Positions 28,483 through 38,000 of a stretch of DNA of 64,000 nucleotides are shown here, piece by piece. The translations under genes were made by a program, and so were the position numbers. Location: assembly GCA_019454185.1 (NCBI GenBank), contig CP075368.1, forward strand, positions 1,899,649 through 1,963,648, written 5' to 3'. This DNA comes from Phycisphaeraceae bacterium (GTDB lineage Bacteria; Planctomycetota; Phycisphaerae; Phycisphaerales; UBA1924). A model generated the notes under the pieces. It saw only the letters and a program-made list of their open reading frames with translations, was not told the origin of the DNA and did not search any database. Positions within the stretch are counted from its first letter, which is position 1. Each line of letters begins with the position of its first letter.

Positions 28483-29016
28483 TCATTTTGGCGCTCTGCC
28501 GCCCACGCGGAGTTCGAGCGGCTCTCGGGAAACGACTCTGGTTCCATCGGCGAGTGTGATCTCGCAAGAGAGGCGTGCGGCCTGGGATGGGATTCGGTCT
28601 GTGCCGACGGCGTTGAGGTTGAGTTCGAAGCCGTAGGCCGGGCCGGGCTGTGTGGGGAAGACGGCGCGACTGGTCTCGCGCGGCGCGAACGCCCAGACCC
28701 CGAGCGACTGTCCCTGTTCGCCGACCATACGGAACTGGAAGGTGGCGTCGACGGTCATGGGAAGGGCGAAGCGATTGGTATCGCCAAAGACATAGACGAT
28801 CACGCGGACGGTGTCCACGAAGCCGTTGAGATCTCGGTCCTCGAGCGGCTCGTTGGCGACCAAGACTCGCTCTGGCTTGAGGTCGGAGGGTTGGGTGGGG
28901 AACTGAGATTGGGTCTGCCTGCGTGGGCGCGAAGAATCCGATGTGGCGCAGCCGGTAGCGAGCCCGATCGAGAGCAGGGCAGCGAGAAGGATGGCGAGTC
29001 GGGCGACGGGGATCAT
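28483..29016 (-). CDS. small lipoprotein translationally coupled to the secretin (pilotin candidate)
   Basis: MIPVARLAILLAALLSIGLATGC lipobox. Its ATG overlaps the secretin stop (ATGA at 29013-29016). Confidence 0.7.
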   Translation of the reverse strand: MIPVARLAILLAALLSIGLATGCATSDSSRPRRQTQSQFPTQPSDLKPERVLVANEPLEDRDLNGFVDTVRVIVYVFGDTNRFALPMTVDATFQFRMVGEQGQSLGVWAFAPRETSRAVFPTQPGPAYGFELNLNAVGTDRIPSQAARLSCEITLADGTRVVSREPLELRVGGRAPK

Positions 29017-32000
29017 CGCGGGCGCTCCTCTTTGCGTCCGACGGTCCGGACGCGGTCGCCCTGAGCAGCCGAGGATGAGCCGGGAGCGGCGCCGGACGGG
29101 TTGCTCTCCCGCATTTCGAGCGGGGGCAGAGTGGTCGGAGGTGGGGAGCCATCGTGCATCTCGAGGGCGTCGCGGATCTGGGTGGGATTGGACATGCGTC
29201 CGATCTCGTGGCGTGTCCAGCGGCTCTGGAGATCGATGGAGCTTGGTGAATCGCCTGGCACGACCTTGGGCGTGAGGATGACGAGGAGTTCGGTCTTGAT
29301 GTTCTCGACCTGGGTCGAGCGGAAGGCGTTGCCGATGATGGGGATGTCTCCCAGCAGCGGGACCTTGGTGCGGCGATCTTCCTGGGTGTTCTGGATCAGG
29401 CCGCCTATGACGACCGTCTGTCCGTCCTTGACGGTGACGACGGTGTCGACCTTACGTGTGGTGATGATCGGGGCTTCGAAGTCCTCGGAGATCTGGGTGG
29501 TGCGCTGGCTGACGGAAGAGATCTCGGGGGCGATTTCGAGCCGCACGAACCCGTCGGCGCTGATGGATGGCGTGACGTTGAGGATGATTCCGACATCTCG
29601 ACGTTCGACGTCGGACCGTGTGTTGCCGTTGTCCAATCGTTCGACACCGGTGACGATGGCGATGTCTTCACCGACCTGGATGAGGGCCCGCTCGTTGTTA
29701 TTGACCGTGACCTGGGGTCTGCTCAGCACTTCGAGCTTGCCCTGGACTTCGAGCGCACGGATCAGGACGCTGAAGTCGTTGCTCGAAATGGAGAGGTTCG
29801 CAACGCCGAGAGCGGTCGCAACGCCCGCGCCCGCGCCGAGCGCGCCGAACTGCCACATGTTGCCGCCGAACGGCCCTGCGGTCGAGTCCATGCCCCACTG
29901 GCGTGAGGCATCGAGCGTGACCTCGGCGAGGAGGACCTGGATCATGACCTGGGGCGGAGCGGCGTCGAGTTCCTCGATGATGGACTGGACGATCTCGGCG
30001 TAGCGAGGCGAGGTCGAGACGACGAGCTTGTTGCTTTTGCCGTCGCCGACGACCGTGACTTCCTGCTCGAGCTGGCGTGTCAGCGAGCCGGTCTGAGACG
30101 GGCCGAGTGTGGAGCGGATCTTGGTTGATTCTTCCTGGAAGTATCTGGCGAGGGTGCGTTCGACCTCGTCGGCCTTTGCGTAGCGAAGTTTGTAGACGAG
30201 TTGGAGGCGCTCGGTTGCTTCGATCCCGTCGAGTTCATCGACGACGGAGCGGACCATCTCAAGATACTCGTCGGTTCCTGAGACGAGGAGCGTGTTGGTC
30301 CGGGCGTCGATCGTGATCGAGAGCTCCTTGCGAGTGTCGGGAATGGGTGTGAGCGTCGTGTTGTTGAACGCGGGCGCGGCGGGATCGCTCTCGCCCGGGG
30401 ATCTCAGATCGGTCTGCGTCGGGACGAGAACGAGACGATCGCCCTGCTGCTGGAGACTGAACAGATCACGGAGGACATCGGCCATGGCGCGGGCGTCGGC
30501 GTTCTTCAGACGGAACCACTCGACACGGCGTGAGCCGGCGGAGGTTGTGTCGAGATCGGCGACGATAGCGGCGATGACTTCCATCACGGCGGGCGGCGCG
30601 GCGACCATCAGCGAGTTGGTGCGCAGATCGGGCGTCATACGGACCTGGTCTCGGATCGCGCCGTCGACAGCGGCCTCCGTGGCCTCGCGGCCGGTGCGTC
30701 CTTCGATCTGGTCGGCGATCTGATCACGGAGGAAACGGATGCGTGTGGCCTGGGTTGCGCCGACGCCTCGGCCGCCGCCGAGCGTGCGGCCGGCGAGTAC
30801 GTTCTCGAGCAGGTTCACGACTTCGAGCGCGTTGGCGGTGCGGAGCTCGAGGCGTCTGACATCCTGAACGGCGGTGACCTCGGCCGACTCCATTCGCTCG
30901 ATGATTCCACGGATGGCGTTGACATCGGATTCAGTGCCGCTGACCACGAGGGCGTTCAGTTGAGCATTTGGAACGACGCTGACGGCGCGTTGGCCACGTC
31001 GGGCGATCTCTTTCTGGACGTAGAGTGCGTTGACGGTGTCGGCGACATCGGCGGCTCTCATCTGTCCGAGCGGGATGAGGGTTGTGCGTTCGGCGCCTGC
31101 GACGGCAGCGGCATCGGCCGTGAGGGAGACGATGAGGTCTTTCACCACGGCGAGGTTCTCGTCGCTGGAGGCGACGATCAGGAGTGAGTTTGCGGCGTCG
31201 GGCTCGATGGAGAACGCGTCCTGCGGCTGCTCGATGGATCCGGCGCGGCGAGCGGCTTCGAGGCGTTCACGCATCAGTCGCTGCACGCGGGGCGCGAGCG
31301 ATGCGACATCGACGCCGGGCACCGGGACGACGTGGAGCCCGACCGCTTCGTTGGTCTCCGACGTGTCGAGGGTCTTGAGGAGGGCTTCAAGGATCGAGAA
31401 GCTGCTCACGCTGGTCGAAGCGATGAGGGAGTTGGTGCGGATATCGGCGGTGACGACGAGGGCGTCTTCGGGGCGCATCGCGCCGGTCGCCTGGCGCTGG
31501 CGGAAGATCTCGGAGGCCATGCTCGCGACACGGGCCGCGTTGGCGTGGTTGAGCGGGAAGAAGCGGACCGAGTTTGCTGCGGCGGCCGGTTCGACGTCGA
31601 GCTGCGCGACGAGTTCGGTGACGATGCGGAGGTTGGAAGCGGAGCCGATCACAACGAGCGCGTTCATCGGGAGCGCGGGCTGGATCACGAGCCCGGTCAT
31701 GGGAGCGAAGAGGTCGCCCTGGACCGAGGCGCGCGGGTCGGCGGGGTCGCGGCCAGAGTCAACGACGCGGAGGCGGGCGATCTGACGCTGGATGCCGAGC
31801 GCCTCGGGTGTGCCGGCGAGGCCCTGGACGAGCGTCCGCCGAAGCAGATCGGCCATGGCGTTGGCATCCGCGTGCTTGAGCTGGAGGATGGTTGGCTCGA
31901 TCCAACTGGTGGCCTCGGTGCTGTCGAGATCTCGGATGAGGACTTCGACGAGCGCGACGGCCTCTTCGCGGCCGGCAACGACGAGTGTGTTGGTTCGATC

Positions 32001-35000
32001 ATCGACGGCGAGGGCGATCTCTCCGGCGAGTGCCCTGCCGGTTGCGGTGGTCGGGAGACCCTGTCTGGCCGTCCCGGGGAGCCGGCGCAGTGCCTCGCCC
32101 TGACGGAAGAGTGTGTCGACGACGGTGCGGGCTCGCACCGCCGAAGCGTTCTCGAGCGCGAACATGCGGATCACGACCGCGTCGCCGGTGGCGAGGGTGT
32201 CGAGCGTGTCGATCACAGCGCGGACCGCTTCGACGTTGCCGGGCGTGGAGGCAACCAGAATCGTGTTGGCTTCAGTGTCAGGGATGAGGCGGATCGGCTT
32301 GGAGAGATCGAGTTTGAGCGGGTCTTTGCCGACACCCTCTCGGATCACGCTGAGTCTTCTGACCTGCTCGGCGATGGCCCGGGCGGGCCCTGTCTGGCTC
32401 GCCTGTTCGGCGGGATTGAGCATGAGTCTCAGGGTATTGACGAGTTGGTTGGCGCCCGCGATGCGGAGACGCACGATGCCGACGGCCTGATCGGCTTCGA
32501 CGGGATCGGAATCGATCTGTCTGATGAGGCCGCTGACGATGCGGGCGTCGGCGGGACCGGCGACAACTGCGATCGCTTGGCGTGTGGTCAGGGCAACGGT
32601 TGTGACGGGCTCGGAGACGATGCCGGGGCGATCGGACGGCTGTGCGCCGGAGATGCCGAGCTGGTCGAGCGTGCGCTTGATATCAGCGGGAGACGTGTTG
32701 GTGAGATCGACGATCGAGACGACCTGGCCGAGCCCGGGAGTGATGCTCTCTCCGTCGGCGGTGCCGAGCGCGGGTGTGTCGAGTTCCTTGATGGTTGTCT
32801 GGATCTGCTCGAAGAGTCGCTGGCTTGAGGCGATGACGAGGGCGTTCGCGGTACGATCGATCTCGACGGCGAGTGTCTCACGATTCTGCTGCGCGACGGG
32901 CGTGAAGGTGGCGAGGATCGTCTGACGGAGGCGAGCCGCGGGAACGTGCTCGAGTTTGAGAACTCTTGTCGCGAGGCGTGTGACATCGGCCTGCCCCTGG
33001 AGCGCCTCGGCGAGGGCCTTGACCTGGGTGAACTGCGTGTCGTCGCAGCGGACGATGAGGGAGTTGCTGGCCTCGTCGCCGACGACGACCAGTGCCCTGG
33101 GATTGGCGTTTCTGCCTGCACCGGATGATGCGGCGAAGACTTCTCGGATCGAGTTGGCGACTGCGGTCGCGCTGCCGCCCCTGAGGGGGACGACACGTGC
33201 CTCCGGCAGGCGGAGGGAATCCGGCTCGTCGAGGCGTGCCACGATGCCACGGATGCGGTCCATGTAGCGTTTGCCGGCAAAGACGACGAGGGAGTTGGTC
33301 TGGATCTCCGGCGCGACGCTGGGGATGCCCTCTTCATCGACGAGCAGCGAAGGAGCAGCGGACTCTCCCGCGCGGGCGTTGGCCCCGCGATTGCGCGATT
33401 CTTCGACGCGGAGGCGTCGTGCTTCGAGTTGCTCCTGAACGATGGCGCGGAAGCCCTCGTTGATGGCGCGGGCGACACCTGTCGCATCGGCGAAGCGGAG
33501 CGGCATCACCTCCAACTGACGGGAGCGGTCGTAGTCCTCGGTATCGAGTTTCTTGAGGAGCGATCGGATGCCCTCCCACTGGGTCGGCTCGGCGCTGACG
33601 ACGAGGGAGTTGGAGGCGGGATCGGCGACGATCGTGACGTTGCGTGCACCTGGGCTTGTGGCCTCCGGGGCGGAGCGGCCGTAGAACATGCCGAGCGCCT
33701 TGGAGGCCTGCTCTGCATCGGCGAAATCGAGCTTGACGAACTCGGTCGTGCGTGTCGTTGAAGCGGGGACGTCGAGGGCCTTGATCATGGCCTCGATCTC
33801 GTCGATCTGATCGGCCGGTGCGGCGATGGAGATGGCGTTCTCGGTCGCGGAGTAGTCGAGGTTCACGGGTGTTTCGCCGGGAACCCGGGGGCGGTTTCGG
33901 AGCAGTTCGTTCATGGATGCCCAGACGCGATCGGCAACGGCGTGCTCGAGCGTTACCCTCTTGAACGAAGCGATGGTTCGGGCGGGCTGCTCGTCGAGCT
34001 TCTTGACCTGATCGATGACGTACTGGATTGCTTCGGGGGAGCCCGAGAGCACGATCGAGTTGCTGCGCTCGACCGGCGTGACGGTCACGCGGAGGGTCTG
34101 CGGGAGGGCGGCACGAAGCGCGTTCGCGACCTCGGTCGCGCGGGCGGACTCAAGCTTGACCGTTGCGAGCGTCGCCCCGCCATCGGTCGGCGGCGTGTCG
34201 AGTTGTCGGACGAGATCGGCGATCTGCGTCTGCAGGGTTGTGGGCGCGGAGACGATGAGGGTGCCGGTGCTCGGTTGGGGCGTGACGATCACCTGATCTT
34301 CAGCGCGTCCGCTTCGGGGGAACATGGAGCGGATGGTGGATGCGGCATCCTGTGCGGTTGCGTTGCGAACGGTGTAGGCCTCGATGGAGCGGTCGGCACC
34401 GAGTTCGGGCTGGTCGATCTGCGCGACGAGGTCACGCAAGAGCTTCATGCTTTCCACATCGCCGGAGGCGATGATGACGTTCCCCTCGGGAGAACCGAGG
34501 ATTGAGAAGCTATCGGCGCGAAGCCCCTGGGCCTGGTTCCTGGCTGCGAAGAAACGCTGGAGACTGGCCGCGGCGCGCTCGGCCGAGGCGTGCTCGAGCC
34601 GGATCGTTTCGATCGTCGCGCCTGGACCGCCGACATCGAGGTCGGCGATGTACTTGGCGGCGGCTTCGACGCGATCATTCTTGCCGACGAGAACGACGGC
34701 CCGCCTCAGACGATCGATCTCGACCGTGACTCCGTCGGGATCAGGGCCACGCCACGGGCGCCAGCCGGGCGTCGCCATGGCACGCTCGATGACCGACTTG
34801 ATCGATGCCAGATCAGCGGATTGCACGGCGACCGCCTTGACCGCTACCGCGCCGGCTTCGCCCGGCGGAACATCGAGCAAACGCACGATGCCCTCGACGG
34901 TCTCGATGGTCTCCTGGCGGCCCATGATCACGATGGAGTTCGTGCGCTCGTTCGGTTCAAGGTAGAAACGATCTTTGTCATTCTGGCCCGCGCGGCCGGA

Positions 35001-38000
35001 GATTCGCTCCCACTGCATCTCGCCGGCGAGATTCTGCAGCGTCGGCCCGATGTCCATAGCCCGCGCGTTCTTGAGTTCGATGACCTTGAAGGCAAAGTCG
35101 CGGGATGCCGCGGGATTGTCCATGGAGGCGGCGAGTTCGAGCGCTTCTTTGATTTCGTCGGGGGTGCCGGTGGCAAGGAGCGAGCCGGAGCGATCGTCTC
35201 CGACAAACTGGGCACGGACCTGCGTCGCGCCGGGTGTGCCCTGGCGTCTGGCATCGAAGAGCCGCTGGAGGGTCGAGGCGATCTCGGTGGGCCTGGCGTT
35301 GTCGAGCGTCAAGCGCTGGATGGCGAGGCGATCGCCGCTGGATCCCTGATCGAGCAGGGAGACAAATCGCTCAACGATGGGCATGGCTTCAACCGGGCCG
35401 GCCACGATCAGCGATGCGCCACCCGGGCTTGCGACGACACGGATTGCGCCGGGCTCGATGGTTGCGAGCGTGTCGGTACCCGGCGTGTCTGCGCCGGGAA
35501 GGGACCATTGCATGGCTCGAACGCGTCTGGCCTGGATGCCGCGGGGCGCGGCGCTGACGAGGTCGTTGACTGCCTGAACGGCCTGAGCGGCGGTCATGGA
35601 TTGGAGGGGGAGGACGCGGAGGGTCATCGTCGGCCCACCTCGTTGGTGGATCATGGAACCGATGAGTTCGCCGACGACCGCGAAGTCTGTGTCATTCGAC
35701 CAGACGATGAGGGCCCCGCCGCTCGGATCGGGAGCGACAGACACCGAGCCGGAGAAGCCGCTGGGATTCTCGATGCCGGATCGCCCGATGCGAGCGATGG
35801 TCTGGTTGACGATCGCGGCGACCGAGTTGGCATCGATCGCATCGGGGAGTGTGATGATGCGGACCTTGCCGGGCTCTGAGGGCAGACTGCGTTCGAGCTG
35901 GGCGGCGAGCGCGGCGACACGGTCGGTCAGTCGAGGGGGACCGACGACGATTAGAGAGTTTGTTGCGGGATCGACGCCGATGGTGAGGCCGCCGGTGGAC
36001 TCTTCGGGTTCGTTCGAGACCGAGGGCTGGCCGAGTGCGGCGATGGCCAGCGCGCGGGCGAGGAAGGGCATGGTTTGAAGATCAGGAGGGACGTCGTGAC
36101 GGGGTGCTGCGTTGCTTGAGGGCTTTGTGGCCGGCATGTCGGGCGTTTCGCGGCCAGCGGCACCGGATCTCTTCAGGAGCTCTTCGGAGGAGATGACTTC
36201 GACGGTGAGGCCGCCTCGGTCTTCGAGCAGGCGCTTCAGGGTCTCGGCCATGAGCGCGGCATCGGCTCTTGATCGATCGACCGGGATCATCCGGACCTGT
36301 CGGCTTGAGGCGAGCGCGGCCTGGTCGAGTTGCTTCACAAGGGACTCGATCAACTTCATCTGATCGGGCGTCGCCCTGACGATGAGGGAGTTGCTCTGGC
36401 GGTCGACGCGAAGGGTCGGCGCGGGCCCCTGATCGTTCTGCTCGCCGATGACTTCGCCGATGCTGACGGCAAGCTCGGCGGCGTCCGCACCGTGGAGCGT
36501 GATGACGCGCACGACGCTCGACGTGGAGTCGGTTTCGGGCTTTACGTCGAGTTCGGTGATCATCTGCTCGGCGAGGGTCAGGGTGGCGAGAGGGCCGCTG
36601 ACGACGACCGCGTTGAGGCGTTTCTCTGCGGCGACGCGGATCTCGGCTTCGATCTTGCCGCCACTCTGGAGCAGGGCCTGGCCGCGCTGCCATTCGGGGA
36701 GCATTCTGAGGAGGGATTCCTTCCTCAGAACCTGCTCGACGAGGGGTGCGACCTGTTCTGCGCGGGCATTCTTCAGGAAGACGGTTCGAACGCCTGCGCC
36801 ATCGCCTCGACCGGCGGTGTCCATGGATTCGATGAGCTGGGCGGCACGAGCGAGCTGTGCGGCGCTGCCCGCGACGAGGATGGTGTTTCCGGAGGGTTCG
36901 CCGGAGACGGATGCGGGTTGTTCGCCGGGCATGAGTGTTCCGGCGAGTGCGGCGCGGACGGCGTCGGCGACGGTTTGTGCGGAACCCTCGGTGAGGCGGA
37001 AGACGCGGACATCGATCGGGCCTGTCTGTGCGGGACGATCGAAGGCCGAGATGAGTTCATCGGCGATCGGCATGAGGAGACTGGGGCCGCTGAGCACGAG
37101 CCGGTTGAAGCGGGTCTCGGCCCGGACGCTGGGCATGGAGAGGGCGAGCCCGGCTCGCTCGGCGCGGAGGAGATCCTCCGGCCATCTCGAGCGATCGAGG
37201 AGCATGGGCTGGACCATCTGTGCGACCGAACTGGCGTCGGAGTGCTTGAGCTCGAGGATTCTGACCTCGCTCGCGGGCATCGCGATGGATTGCTCGTCGC
37301 GCTCTTTCAGAAGGCGCAATGCTTCTTCGACCTGTGTCTTTGTGCCGAGGGCGAGGATCGCTCCTGAGCGTGGCTCGATGGACAACTCGAGGGGTGAGCG
37401 TCCCTGTGGGAGCGTGGCGTTGACGATTCTGGCGACCGCGTAGGCCAGCGTGTTCGCATCGCCCCGTGTAGGCGAGTATGACGCGGCGGTGCGCTCCGGA
37501 TCGCTGGCGGGCTGGTCGAGCTTCTCGATGACAGAGCGCGCGAGTTCGAGCGTGCCCTGCGGCGCTGAGACGATGAGCGCGTTTGTTCTGGTTTCTGCCT
37601 GGACACGGATGGTCGGCTTCTTGAACAGATCGGGACGGTTCTGCGCGTAACGAAGTTGGAGGGTCAGGATCCGCGGGTCGGTTTCCTGTTGATCGACGAG
37701 CAACCTCTCCACTGTGGTGGCGATCTGGGCGGCATCCGCGTGCTTGAGGGCGAAGGTCTCAACGGCGGGCGTTTCCGCGCTTGTGGGACGCACATCGAGC
37801 GGCTCGATCAACTCTTCGACCGTGCGGATATCCATCTCGAGGCCGGCGAGAATGATCGAGTTTGCGCCGGGCGCGCCGGTGACGGTGACGCGGCCGCCGC
37901 TGGGGAACTGCATCGAGCCGACGGCCTGGCCCAAGGCGGCAACCGTGGCGTTCACCTCGGCGAAGGCGAGCGGAATGATTTTGACGACGCTGTTGCCCGC

